Positions 24,536 through 38,580 of a DNA stretch of 64,000 nucleotides are shown piece after piece. The stretch's first letter is position 1, and the number at the start of each line of letters is the position of its first letter. Both the position numbers and the translations under genes were made by a program. The DNA is from Octopus sinensis. Lineage: Eukaryota. The notes under the pieces are model-generated. The model was not told the origin of the DNA. It saw nothing but the letters and a program-made list of their open reading frames with translations, and ran no database searches. The DNA lies in contig NC_043001.1 in assembly GCF_006345805.1 (NCBI RefSeq), positions 94,426,001-94,490,000 on the forward strand, in the 5' to 3' direction.

Positions 24536-24990
24536 TATTTGGTTGTCCGGAAATTTCCTGCCGATTTATAGTAGCTTTCTTTCGACTTATTTTAGAACAT
24601 GGTTAAGTCCATAAATTAGTATTTGATCACACCTCCTTTTAGAGCAAAGTTTAAGCTATCTTTTCGTGGAAGAAGGTTTATGTTCCTATAAACTGTGTTA
24701 ATTCTGTAACCCTTTAATCCTTCAGATTTCCACTTATTTAGGTCTCTGCAGAATAGTCTTTATGATAGAAAATTCAATTCCTTGGATGACGTAGACAGAT
24801 ACGTTGCTTATTCTTTGCCATGAAACCACGTCAGTTCTGGGGAGAGGGTATTTCCAAGTTAAAGGAAAGCTGGAGACGCATTGGGCAACAAAATGTTTCA
24901 TATCTGGTTGATTAAAAATGTAGTGGCAAATATTTATTAACCTTTTTGTTTCCTTTAAAAATGGGCACGAACTCTCCGGACAGCCCAAAA
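24536..24990 (+). mobile_element. Internally deleted mariner element (MITE-like)
   Basis: TA plus TIR tttggttgtccggaaatttcctgccgattt ... ggcacgaactctccggacagcccaa; retains transposase C-terminus SDFHLFRSLQNSL...NSLDDV; same family as 44146-44650. Confidence 0.88.
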
Positions 24991-27900
24991 AATAGAAATG
25001 CTAATAAAACAAATATATCCATTAATAGACTAAAGCATTGCTACTGGCCAAAGTACCTCTACCCTCCTAGTGCACCGGGCAGAGTGCCTGGCTATATTTA
25101 AACGCGTATCCTCTAATTTCATTTCAAATTTATTAGCTTATTTCGATTTCCGTTACATCCCGCGGTGGGTGTGACAAATAAAATAGAGGATTAACCAAAT
25201 TCTAATTTCGAACCAATAAATTATAACCCAACCACACAGAAAGGGATGATTAAGGCTTGTATTAATAATGACAATAATCATTAAAGTATAATTATAAACA
25301 ATACTATTATAACACTCATGATTATCAGCCGTTATTATATGTGACCAATCTGTTGAGTTCGATGACATTATAATTGCTGGGATACAATCCCCGTCAGAAT
25401 TCAGCTCGTGTCTTAAACATTTAATTTAATATTTCCAGTGACTTCGAATGAATATTTTACAATTTCAAATCGTTCATGCAAAGAAAACAACTATCTCGTT
25501 TCTACTTTAATATAATACCAAAAACACCCGTACGAACCAATATTGCGATTCGAGTGCGTGCGTACGAGTGTGTGTGTATGTCTATGTGTGTGTCCGTGGA
25601 AAGTTGCTTTGTCTAATACTTGATATCATTTAAATTGAAATGTTTGAAATCCTAGTGGCTCTTTTAGAGATTAGCAGGCGACGTATTTTTAATATCTCAA
25701 ATTGAATGGAAAATTACAGCGGGAGAATTTGCACTACATTGAAGTTAATTAAAGTGAAATATATCAATTAAAGACAATATATTGATAAAGTTATATGAAT
25801 AGTAGCAACAAATATTCCAAGGAAATGACTGAAAAGAGCGAAAGATAGAAGGCTGAAATATAGATAAGAAGTGGACAAAGAACAAGCAAACATTTCGCAC
25901 AACGGTAGTGAAGTTATAAATATTTAAATATGAAGAGAATGAATTTGAGTGTCATGTTTAATAACATTCATTCTGTAACGAGATATTACTAAATGATTTG
26001 ACAAATAATAAATTGAACATTGAATTCAACAACAGTTCAAGTGCAGCGTGTTCTGAATTATGGGAAATAATGACAAACTTAATGAAACTCTATAAAATAT
26101 ATTGAATTCAAAGATTCTGCCAAATCTTTGTAGAATTAACAATTACGAATATATTTGTTTTGCCTGCTTTTAATATTTGTACAGTGGTGTTTTGTTCTGT
26201 TCACATAATGCATTTAGAGAAAAATATTGAATTAAATGACACCTAATGCGAGTTAAAATTTTGGTTTCCTTCTCAAGACAGAAATAAGGAAAAAATCTTG
26301 AACCAAAACGGTATTATGTAAATACCATTGTATTTAAGAATATTCGAAAATTAATTATACCTAAATGACAAGGTCACTTTGGAATTAATGGGCCTATTGA
26401 ATGAAAAATTTGATTTTGTAATACTGTAATTCAATTTAGAAATAATAATGGAAGAATCATATTTCAAACAAAGATGAAAAAGAAGGAAGGTTTAACGTTT
26501 TGCCATTAAAATATATTTAAATGTATTAAACATCATTTAAATCTATTGTTACACATAACATCTTTTGGTGCTAACTACGACTATACTGTAAAGAAAGTTT
26601 AGACCACACTAAAATGAAATTCACTAAATTATCACAGTACATATTAAGATGGAAAATATTGCGAATATATGATAAGGTAAACGCTATTTTGGGAGAAATA
26701 TATCTCTGAAATCTACAATTTTATGTATCGTCTAGAATTTTACTTGTAAACTTAAATACCAGGATTTTAATTTCTTTGAGAAATTGGACATTGTTTCTAT
26801 CAGTTGTGCTTAACTCTGTTGGCTCGCGTTTGTAGGTACATACATACATCGTATAATACGTCACTATGCGGACGAGTGTTATATGTAAATGATCTGTCAC
26901 CATCCTTAGCTACTTCATTGTTTAAGTAAAGCAACAGAATGCAATGTGAATCAATTTATAGCATATATCTATTTCACGTTTATATTGTCTAACTTGGTTG
27001 CATCGTATTAGATATGTCTTGCAAACAACTTGCACATACAAGTGCTACCAATCAAAAACTCCGCATACCGGAAGCCAGCAAGTGTATGTGGTCATCAGGA
27101 GAGAATGCGGGGCCTACCTCTCGACGGAATCAATGCGCACCCCCAACCCACTGATATGAGGCCTCGCTTGCTAGATCAGCTGGTTATCAAATAAAGCTCA
27201 ATATTCTTCTAACCATCGTTCATCGTCTCTTTTAAACCAATATATGATTTAAAGGAGATTGTTATACTATATCTAGCAATCTAGCTAACATTCACATGGA
27301 TTATATAGCTCATACATAGATATATACCGATGCACACGCATACATAGATCCAGACGCATTTTTAAGTATATGTACTGTTGTGTGGACGCTCACAGACGAT
27401 GATGTAGGCTAGCCCAATACGTAGATATAGAGGGAGAAGTCTAGACGTCGGGAGTGGAGTAGAGGTCATCGGAACGTGCGATGTAACAGTGGCTAGGATT
27501 GGGTAAAGAGATTATGGGTTAAAGAGAACACTACATAAGATATTAGAATGTAGTTACAAAATAAACGTCTACACACAAAGTCTGATGCTTTCTTTTCTGT
27601 CTCATATAAACCACACTTTAAACTGAAAAATTAGTTTACTAAACATATGAATATTATTATTATTACTTTCTTGGAGCGGTCATCGAGATCAAATTTGATG
27701 GAGAACAACATACATCGGATATTTAAATAATAAGCTGGTTTAATTTGCTTTTGTGTAATGTAATTAACATACTTTGATTCTCTGACATTACGGTTTGGTA
27801 AGTACAATAAAACCATTCTAAAGTTACATTATTAAATGGTGCTGTCTATGAATGTGATTACAGAACATAAATGTACACAATATTTACGGTTCTTATTTCC

Positions 27901-28369
27901 ATATAGTAATTGTGTAGGTGGCTATATTACGGAAACATCATTGCGGTTGTCTGTTTATAACTATGTATTAGATTGCTTTTCCTTTGTACAAATTGTTTTC
28001 ATTGTTTTTGTCAGTATCTGTTATATAAATACGGCTGCTGTGTTGATGTTAGTAAGTCAAGAGCGCATCGACATTAAAGGGCTTTCTTGCTCTCGGCGTA
28101 CCGCTAAATGCTTGAGATGCGATCTCGCTGCGTTGTTTTATATGCTGTCCACATGGCAATAGGTTAATTCGGTGATTCACTCAAGAAATATTTCACAAAG
28201 ATACGATTGTGCCAATAATGAGCAACTATCGCCAGCAGCAGGAACATCAAACTTTTTATGTATTTGTCTCAGTATCTTCTACTTCAAGAGTATTCCTCAT
28301 ATACAGATGACTATTCCGATTAATCGACAGAGAGGCAAAGCATAACGAACATTAAATATTGTAACGAAC

Positions 28370-28510
28370 GTAGCTCTGTGGTAAGAAGCATGGTTCTCAC
28401 CCACCTGATTCAAGGTTCAGGCCTAGTGTGTGGCGTCTTTGGTAAGTGACTTATGCTATAGCCTCAGGATGACCAAAGACTTGTGAGTGGATTTGGTGGA
28501 CGGAAACGTA
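28370..28510 (+). mobile_element. Degenerate CORE-type SINE 5' half (3' piece near 28662-28740)
   Basis: Homologous to 53949-54085. Confidence 0.7.
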
Positions 28511-29571
28511 CGGTGACAAACTATTATATTTAAGAGGTTGAATAAGGTAACAATTTAGGGGAGATAAGGCTAAGGTAAATTCGTAGGTAAATGTTTCGAA
28601 GAAATTCAGGTAAAAAATAAACCGCTAGAACAATTACAAGAATTTAAAAAGAAAATCAAAATGTTGGGGTCGATTCATAAGACAGACAAAAGTTGGTCAA
28701 GGCCGTGCTCCAGCATCGCCGCATTCCAATGGTTGAAAGAAGACAGTTTGAATGAAGAAGAAAGAAGAGAATTCGTAGACATAAATGTATTTGGAAATGT
28801 TCCACTTCTCGAGACTGATGCAGTTCTGGAACTTATGTATTTCTGATTTGGGATAATAATACATATTTTCTATTATTTTTTTCTGATAATATTTAAAGAG
28901 ATCATAGAATGCGGTTTAGCGTACGCTGTGATGTTATTTTTCAATATTATACAAGTATCTCTTTGATACGGCCACTTTCGAAATAAAACCACTACATTCT
29001 CTTGATTATGAAAAATACGTTTGATATTTGATTTCAAACTTGTTCACATAAAACTATGTAAACATTCATGCAATTTAGTGCGTGTGAATACCTCTTCTAA
29101 CTCTAATATTCTTAATTTTAAAAAAATATTTCATATTTATAAATACTTCTTTGAAACATTTTCCATTCATTTTGCTTCAATGATAAGATCGTTTTGCATT
29201 TGATCTCAAAGAATTTTCGATTGCTGTTGGCCATGATTTTCTAATTAAATGTTTAGAGATGGATATCAATACAGTTGCATGAATTTGTTTATAAGTTCAT
29301 GAATTTCATTATATGTTTCGTTCATAGGATTCTGTTTAGGATCAAACTCAAGGAGTACAGTATATTATAATTTCATCCATTTCTCTTTATTTAATATATG
29401 TTGTAAAATAATCAAATTCATATTAATATGAACGTAAACAAACAAACGAAGTTTGCTTTATAAGCGTTGAGATGTCTTAGAAATTATTTAAAATTCTCAA
29501 ACGCAGGATAATGCTAATAATATGGCCTGAATAGGATGAGCTACCCGTATTTCGCAGAAAAAAGTGTTGGC

Positions 29572-29646
29572 GGCCGGCTCCGAAACTCGAACTCACACCA
29601 CCGTAATTACACGTCAAGGTGCTCTGAACCATTAAGCTAAACCGCC
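29572..29646 (-). tRNA. tRNA-Thr(UGU)-like gene or pseudogene with a Pol III terminator
   Basis: GGCGGUU UAGCUUAAUGGUUCAGAGC A CCUUGA CGUGUAA UUACGG UGGU GUGAG UUCGAGU UUCGG AGCCGGC C. Acceptor stem 6/7, A and B boxes present, T6 run at 29558-29563. Non-canonical G33 and a 6-bp anticodon stem with mismatches. Confidence 0.5.
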
Positions 29647-29678
29647 CACACCACAAAATCTTCTGCAAATTTAAGATA

Positions 29679-29973
29679 CAGTGGCGGCCAAAATGTTCAG
29701 AACAGCATTTGGCCACCATGGGTTTTGCAGTAAATCACTATATCATCCATAACTTTTGTATTATCAACTCAAATTACACCAAAATCTCAGACAATACCAA
29801 TTAATATAGTATTTATTGTCTTTGAAAATTATAGAATATAAAACAACTTTAATAAAAACTTATACCTACTTTACTGACGAAAACAATTATAGAATATAAA
29901 ACAACTTTTATAAAAACTTATACCTACTTTTCTGACGAAAACAATGCCGTTCTGAACATTTTGGTCGCAACTG
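29679..29973 (+). mobile_element. Tc1-family MITE with TA TSD
   Basis: TA-CAGTGGCGGCCAAAATGTTCAGAAC ... GTTCTGAACATTTTGGTCGCAACTG-TA. Body matches the 3' end of the Tc1 at 47800-48020; internal tandem duplication of about 59 bp. Confidence 0.92.
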
Positions 29974-30179
29974 TATATAGAAATCTCGCTTTATGAGACG
30001 CTATCATACGTTAAATTCAAATGAAGATTAACGTAATCAAACAAACCAAGTTTGCTTTAGAGGCGTTGAGATGTTTAGAAAGTCAAAGAAATGATTTTAA
30101 ATTCTCAAACGCAGGATGATGCTAATAATATAGCCTAAACAGGATAAGCTACCCTTAATTTGCAGAAAAAAATGTTGGC

Positions 30180-30245
30180 AACCGGCTACGAGACTCGAAC
30201 TCGCACCTCCGTGATTACGCGTCGCGGTGCTCTAAATCATTAAGC
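30180..30245 (-). pseudogene. 5'-truncated paralogue of the tRNA-Thr-like gene (anticodon CGU)
   Basis: ...GCUUAAUGAUUUAGAGC A CCGCGA CGCGUAA UCACGG AGGU GCGAG UUCGAGU CUCGU AGCCGGU; T7 run downstream; the 3' flank is homologous to that of the 29.6-kb copy. Confidence 0.5.
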
Positions 30246-33200
30246 GTTTATTCGTTCATTTCTTTATGTACTATACGTTGTTAAATAATTAGAATATATT
30301 TAAAAAATAATTTCCGTCTCTTTTAGGGAATGTTATACCGAAAACGTTTAAGTTTTTATGACATAACTAAGGGCTGTAGTCTCGATTCCCGATCTTTAGA
30401 ATATACATTGTCTCTAAATTTTTATTTCATCATCTGAATATCAAAAAAAGAAATTTTATCCTTTTCCACGAGAGTAACTTGGAGAGATTATATTGCTTAT
30501 GCAATATTTAAATGCTTTCAAATGATCCAATTTCTCCTTCCATAAACAAAAAAATTCATTCAACGAAGCCCATCTCATTCTCCATTCATTTGAGTTGATT
30601 CTTCCTTTACTTTTAGTTCACGATATCTCAAAACAACGCTGGCATACGTTGGCTCATCTCTGTTGCTCATCGATTTGCTTCACGTTTGTTAGCTTACCAT
30701 ATCTCTAAATATGAAATAGCTATTTTCAAAATTAAACTGAATGCTATCTATTATAAATCGATTGTTTAGTTATGTCTATGCAATGATTCCTAACCTCGAT
30801 TCTCTTATTTTACTTACATAGTACTAAATATATACTAGTTAGTTACATGTCAAATTTTATTAAATTTGAACAATATTTTTCAAGCAATGAACAATTTTCA
30901 TCAAAACAATGATAAAATTTGTCGACTTGGACTTATTGCAAGACTGCATGACAAACAACAGTACAACCACCATCGCCTCCACATCTGCCATTCAGACTTC
31001 TGATGTCACTACCATCAATGCCTTTGACTTCCCTGCATTCCCCTCCACCACCATCACCATTGTTTTTCACATTGCTTACTCTGAGCGTCATCTCTGACCA
31101 CCTCGGTTACCACCACCACCGCCACCACCATCATCACCGCCACTTCCGCCTCTATCACAACTACAGCTCATACTATTACTATCACCCTATTCCCATCAGA
31201 AAATGGCTAAACGTGTGTGTTCTATCAGTAAGTTCAGTGTTCAGTCCCTCATTCTCTCACATACCAACTCTTTCTTTCTTATTACTCCCACAGCCACCAT
31301 CAAGACTACTACTTTTCATAAAACATCATCAACACTCCTTAAATTTCTTCGTTTCTATTACTCTCCCTGACTTTTTCTTACTCTCTCTGTCTCTCTCTTT
31401 GTCTCATCTTCTCTACGCCTACTATTATTCTCACCCCAACACGAGTATTACTAGAACTGCCATTGAATAGTCAGAGAGGGGGTCATTGGTTATAGCTTTC
31501 GTATTTATTAAATTAGATATTCTCATCCTCAAATCAAGTAACATGAAAATGTTCACCTTCTACTTTTGGGAATGGTCGATCCTCTGAAGTTCCTCTCTGA
31601 TAATAATCTCCATATGTTTCTGAGAAAAAATCCATAAGCATATATATGTGCAAATTTATGAAATCTTTGAATCCCGCATATCAGGCAAGTTTCATTAAAA
31701 TGCCACCTTAAATTCTCCAGTGGAACTGTTTCTAAAGAAGTAGTTCATTTTCCAACCACATTCTTCTTGGATCACCTTCCTTAGGAATACGTTACTTAAT
31801 TTACAGACGTTACTTATTTTACGTAAATTTCTTAAAGGTAATATGGATGTTTAATTGATATTTTAGTATTATATATATTATTATTCTAAAACAGTAATTT
31901 CATAACTTTAGCAAATTTGTAGTTTTTGCCTCCCTCCTCACTGCTTATTTAGTAAAATAATATATAATTAATATTCTGAGTCATTTGCATATATTGTCCA
32001 GCTGTAGCTCAATGCGCTATCAAGATATCCAAATGGATATTTCAGAATATTTACAAGTTCGACGACCGGTTACATATTTCCTTTTGCGGTTGATATTGAC
32101 TTTTGATTTGGCTAATTAATTTCCATTATTCATATCTGATCTGCAAGATGCAATTATCTACAATATTGCGAAAGATCACTTTTAATTTCAAATATTATGG
32201 ATATCAAATGGGCTTTCATAAGAGGCGGTTCTTTACTGACTATATCTATTATTATGCAAATTTGCTTGGTTATAGGTTGATTGTTTTCGATTTTTTATGG
32301 TTGTTAAGCTTCTCGTGTCTCTGTATTTATGGACTCGACTTTAGAAAATAAACTAATATTAGTATGAACTCCTCTTGAATATTTCTCTGAGAAATTATTT
32401 CTAGTATGGTTCCTTATAGAACCTGGTTTTGTTATGATTGGATATCTACTTCTTTGAATTTGACTATAATTACATATGGGCTCTGGGTTTGAAACATTTG
32501 TCTTATCAATATTAGATTGGTATTTGTTAATCTATCCATATATATAGGCGGACACGTATTTATCCAATTTAGAAACTTTGTTATGTTTTTTGTTAGATTG
32601 AAATCTGGTTGTCCCATTTGATAATAATTTCAGAATACGTCTACATTCTTTCTTCAGTAATAATGGATTCCTTATGTGAATGGATTTCATGATGTGAATT
32701 CATATTTACGAAATATGCCCACAACACCACGACGTTTGTAATGCTGCCAACAACTGTTTGTGTTCTTGCCTATATTATTTGCAACTTGATATAAAAAAAA
32801 ATTCCATAATTGTCTAGTGTTTTCAGTTCCGTTTATATTTTCCTGTTTGTAGTTGCGAATTTCTCACTACATTGTATCTGTTCTTTTTCTTTCACACCGT
32901 GTAGTGCTTCATGTTATCATGCGACAATTCTTGTTTTAGAATCCTTCGTTAAATGCACATTATGTAAAGATATAATTTTCATGGTATGTTGAAAGGAGAA
33001 GAGGCTCACTGACAATCGAAAATTAGGGTTGGTTTCGACCTGTTCTACTTTTCAAACAGCTAAAGATGTCGAGCATAATCTTTTTATATCCATATATAAA
33101 ATAGGGAGAATAGAAACACCAATATTTTCCAGTGTCCCGGTAAGTGAAAAAATATGTTCGTTTTCTCTCCTTGTTAGTCGGACGAAGCCCAGGGCGACAA

Positions 33201-35324
33201 GTCAAACCACAATGCCCAGAGCTTCTGTTGTGACGATACAAGAAGGGGGTGAATCTGAAAGCCTTGAAAGCCTTAAGTTATAAACCACGGCTGAGTTTTC
33301 CACCAGCGAAAGACCTGCCGAAAGATCTAAGGTCGCTAAGGGAAAGGTAGAGTGTAGATGACAAAGAAAAGGTGGTCTTAAACCAGCTTAGCTAAGAGGT
33401 ACAATGAAAGCAGCTCCATCTTCGCTGACCAAGTTCACTCCGGCAAAAAGCATAGGGAATAACAAAACTAAAAGAATGCAGTTTTTGACAATGCCTTCAA
33501 TTTCATAGGTGACCTACTAAGCATGCCATATTGCGGAGGCTAACATCTTTCAGAGAAGAGGCAAATAGTAGGATAACAGCTGTGTAGTTGGACCCAGAAG
33601 ATATATTCCTCTAGGGCAGTAACCCTTCTTACTTCCAAAGCATAAGCACCGTATCGCTTTTAACATCAGGTTTAAATTTTGACAATATGAGGTCAGTGGA
33701 GGACAAATATTCGGGAAGATTTCTGCCCTAGAGTCAGGTATCATCACTTATGTTGAATTTACAAACGCTGCGAGGAAAGCTGGAGAGTCTTTTACGTTCG
33801 ATCTGGAAGAAGAAGAAATGGAAACAATGGCTCTGGACATTTGCTCAGGACTGTTTTGTCACAAAATAAGATTCAGCAAGACTTGACCCGTTTCGAGAAA
33901 GAGAGTGAGAGAGAGAGAGAAAGAGAGGGAGAGAAAGAGAGAGAGAGAGGGGGAGAGAAAGAGAGAGAGAGAAAGCTAGACAATGAGATAGAGAAAAGAA
34001 GTGAGGGTGAAAGAAAAAGAGAGAACTTGTAACATTGCAAAATATCAACGTGTGATCCTAGCTAATATTCTTCTCCGAGGGAAAGAGAAGAGAGGACCCT
34101 AAGCATAAGCTATTCAGTCTATAGGACAGGCATGACTGCAATAACGGTGGTACCACCACTTACCGAAGAGGGCAACTGTCGTTGAGCTCGCTGCAAGAAT
34201 ATAACCATATGGTCACATATGAAGTTCAATTCAGAAAACATACTTGGAGCTTGAGTCTCCTCCAAAAATCTGCTGGAACCTTGCTGAAAGTGGTTGAATA
34301 ATGCTTAGCTACCAAGTTAGCATTTGCATTTGTAGACGTCAGATAGAGATATACATTTCATATATACTATTCATATCGTAACTAACCCATTTATTCATTT
34401 GAATAATCGAAAATGCGCATTAATATCGCATATGAAATATAATTTTTCATTTCTTTTAATTCCGCTTTAAAGCTGAAACAAATAGACAAATTATTAAGAA
34501 AGCATTCAACAAAGAACATATGTTAAGATAGATTCGGCTTCATATGACATTGTGCATACGAACCAAAATATGAATATATCATTGTAAAATTATTATTTGA
34601 TTTCATATGACTTGTACTACACCTAACACCTTATGAAACTATTAGAATTATGTATTAATTGAATACTATTGGTATTTTGAAGAAGCCGAGTTGTATGCAT
34701 ATAGAAAGAGTGTGAGCGTATGTACCACGAAGTAATTCGAAATAGGAAGGATATATATATATATATTTCTAGTAAATGCAAGAATATAATATTCTATAGA
34801 CCTAAGATGACATATTGGAAATAAAATCATTGCGTAAATTGAATCAGAATGATATATTCATAAATGGAGCTTAATCAGAGAAACACGCGATGCTTCCAAT
34901 ATTAGAAAATAATAAATATCAACTATATTAAAATTACTGGATGAAATTTCTGTAGGATATATGAATTGTCATTGAATTCCAAAGAAAATACCACACCATA
35001 CGTACCATAAGTCACATCATATTTTGTACCTACAGAGAATGTACTTCAAAACACCACAATATCCTACCGTTGTGCTGCTTCTTCTTTACGTTTACTGCAT
35101 CTGTTATGAGCTGTCCTACAAATATTTGCATAGAAGGGGAGATACACATTTACGATATATACGTTGAAGCTCACGGGTCACAGCATCGCTGGGCTAGGTT
35201 TGTATATTTTTCTCATCATAATATATTTCGCATTTAGGTTTATATTTATATTTCAGGTTTCTTACCAAACTTACCAATCGTATCAGCGAGTTAGAAATTG
35301 TAGATAATTATCAATTTCAAATGC

Positions 35325-35450
35325 TGGTACAAGGCCAGCAATTTCAGGTATGGGGAAAGTCGATGGCATCGACACAGTACTCAACGGCTACGTTTCTGAC
35401 CCCGAAAAGATGTAAGGCAAAGTCGACGACGGTGGATTTTAGAAGACTCT
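35325..35450 (-). mobile_element. Degenerate SINE fragment (ggcggcgagctggcagaa family)
   Basis: gaccccgaaaagatgtaaggcaaagtcgac. Confidence 0.6.
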
Positions 35451-35470
35451 GAAAATAGTTCTGAGTATAT

Positions 35471-35503
<33 letters not shown>

Positions 35504-35944
35504 CTATATATATATATATGTGTGTGTATATCATTATAATTAGTTACAGGTTTGTAAATTCGGCGCCGTATAACAAAAGCCTTCACACCGAACGCATATA
35601 GAAAGTTTGTTAACATAAGAACAATCAGGAACTAGTACAGTTCATAAAGTTGACAGATATGGGGAGGTTGATTCGCAGGTGTAACACAGTCGCATTAACA
35701 AAGGAATATGAGTTCGACTCCCACGCGGATAGGAAAGCCTTGTCTTTTCTGTCGAGAACTTATATGCCCCTTTATGAGTCTATTTTCCTTAGTCGTTGCA
35801 CGGTGAGCACCATAAGCTTGAGGATTACATAAAAATGCCATTAATATTATTTACAGGATTATAAACTCGGGGCCGCATAAAAGACCATTCTCACCGAAAT
35901 ATATACATACATATATATATATATATACTTATACATCACACCTA

Positions 35945-35980
35945 ATACTCTCTCTCTCTCTCCCCCTCTCTCTCTCTCTA

Positions 35981-36012
<32 letters not shown>

Positions 36013-36021
36013 ATATATATA

Positions 36022-36056
<35 letters not shown>

Positions 36057-36141
36057 TACTGACCATATAGCACATGGTATTTTGGTATTTGGACGGATAA
36101 CTGAAATGATGGTGTATATATTATTTATAATTTTAATTATA

Positions 36142-36183
<42 letters not shown>

Positions 36184-36391
36184 GTATATATAATATATAC
36201 ATACATACACGCACAAGCATGCAAACATTTATGTGTGTGTGTATATACACACATATGAATATGTATCTGTACATGTATTTTGATATATATTTGTATGCAC
36301 ATATATTTGCGTACAACCATAAAAGTTACGCGATTATATATATATAAAATAAACTCTATATACACTCGTGTTCTTCTTCACTTCTCATATA

Positions 36392-36450
<59 letters not shown>
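35945..36450. repeat. (TC)n/(TA)n/(GA)n microsatellite complex
   Basis: Directly visible. Confidence 0.85.
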
Positions 36451-36453
<3 letters not shown>

Positions 36454-38414
36454 CGTGAAATATCTTTGGCTAGGAAATAAGAATTTAATTTTGAAATTAT
36501 TGAAATGTCAAGTATTTGTTTGAAATTTTATAATTCGTGAATCCTGAAATTAATTCTTCTCCTGGAACGTTGACAATTCACATGTTAAATCTGCAGTAGG
36601 AAACCTAAAACTTGAGCAACATGCTTATGTTAACAGTAAGACCATTCACAGCGGATTTATTGTTAAATTAAGATAAGAATACTATTCAACTGTCAGCCAA
36701 ATTTTGTGACATGTTCTTTGTAACCGAATTAAATGATACATGTTTAATGTTTGTGTCGGTTGTTCTCGTTGAATATATGGACACTTCAAGCATACTCTCT
36801 CCAATACAAGGTGAAACCTTTAAGAGCATTGATCAGTTATGTTAAGGTTCTAATAATGCAGTCACTACAGTGTCTAACCTATAGATTAGTGGCGAAGAGT
36901 GTAGCTTCAGCAATGCTGATTATTGGGAGCTAGGAACGATAATTATATGGTTCTATTCCTTACGTCCAGTTATCTTGGAAAATCAAAAATCATATATAAC
37001 ATCAAACCAAATATTTCGATGTGCTATTTACAATCACGTCTCTCTTTTCTTCTCGGCTCACGTGAACATGTGTGTGATTATTTGTATGTGTGATTGTGTG
37101 TCCATGTGTGTTAAAACTATAAAGACACACGTACTCCCACCTATGTGTAACATACACAAATATATATATGCAAGCACACACACACACACATATATGTGTG
37201 TGTATGTGTTCTTCTGTGTGCCTATGTATCGGCATGTATTTATGGATATCTGATATGATCCGTTTCAATGAGTAATAACACGTCTACTTACGGATACGTA
37301 AGAATGTATATGGGAATATATGTGGGTTTGTGTGTGTATATATATATATATATTATATATATATATATATTATATATACACATATATATTGGCCATCCTT
37401 GTATATGATTATATGAGTGAATATGCATGAATTTGAACAAATGTGTGTATTAGTAACTGCTGGTTTGTAATTCATGCTTTCATTGTTTAACCTGTATGGA
37501 CCAACAATAAGCAAGTATACACCCTCACATGTTTGCACATTGCGATTCTTTTGCATACATATATAAGTGCGCATGTGTACGTACAATTTTGTGTTTGAGT
37601 GAATTTAATTGTATGTCTGAATATTTGCCATCTATACCTATATTTTATGTGTGTGTATATTGCGTTCATTTGTTTACGTATGTAGGAACAAGAACCTGAC
37701 CTGAGTAAATTCTATTTGAAATCGTTTGTGATGTTCGTGATAATAGTTATCGGGTATAGTTTCTCCTTAGAATCAGTGATATCCTTCCCTGTGTGGTTTG
37801 TAATTTACGCAGTTTGAAAATGAGAAAACAACTTCTGTCTCACAATGATGGAACAATGCTTGCCAGCTATCTGACATGATCACAAGTCGTTTGAGCTTCG
37901 CGTGCTTTTATCGTTGTCCAGTCTACTTAATCAATGATTCCGCTAACGTCTATATATAAATCGGTCTCATTAATATTTTCGTCGTTAACAATGCTGAAAC
38001 ATGTTTGTGGTTCGCGTATTACCATCAATAAATGCATGCTTTTAGTAGCGTGCTTCTCTCTGCTGTATATCACTTCCGTGCATTTTGAGTGAGCAAGTGT
38101 ATCTCAATGTATGTGTATCGTTTGAGCAACACTGACAAGAGTATAAATCTAAAAGAGTTATGGATTTTACAGAATAGGTTTATTGACCGTCTAGATTTAT
38201 TAAGCTTTTGACCAGAATGTATATCCCTACATGACAAAGGTTATAATATGGTTGCAAAAGTGAGTTCTTAGGTAACATCTTTAAAATAATTAGCAAAACG
38301 TTGGAATATGTTCCGAAATAGAAAATGAGTTCCACATTGTTCTCAAAAACTATGATATAAATTACGGTAAACATGATTATTCACGTTAAGTGCAAGAGAT
38401 AATTTTGTATTTTT

Positions 38415-38580
38415 TTTTTCATTTACTTCTTTTAGTCATTAGACTGCGGCAATGCCGGCCTTGAATCTCCTTGAAGAATTTCAGGGCCTGAAGAATCTCC
38501 TTGAAGAATTTCAGGGCCTGAAGAAATTCAGAAACGAAATTACACCAATATCGGTTGTCAAATGGTGGTGGGGTAGAAAT
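38415..38580 (-). mobile_element. CORE-type SINE 3' fragment interrupted by a 30-bp tandem duplication
   Basis: cagtcattagactgcggcaatgc...atcggttgtcaa; tctccttgaagaatttcagggcctgaagaa occurs twice. Confidence 0.6.

Noticed and set aside
27061-27098. CUGAUGA followed by a 7/8-bp stem on the minus strand
   Set aside because: The stem is followed by AGUU, not GAAA; no stem III or I.
38460-38530. 30-bp direct repeat as a CRISPR-like array
   Set aside because: Two adjacent copies with no spacers, in eukaryotic context with no cas genes; a simple tandem duplication.
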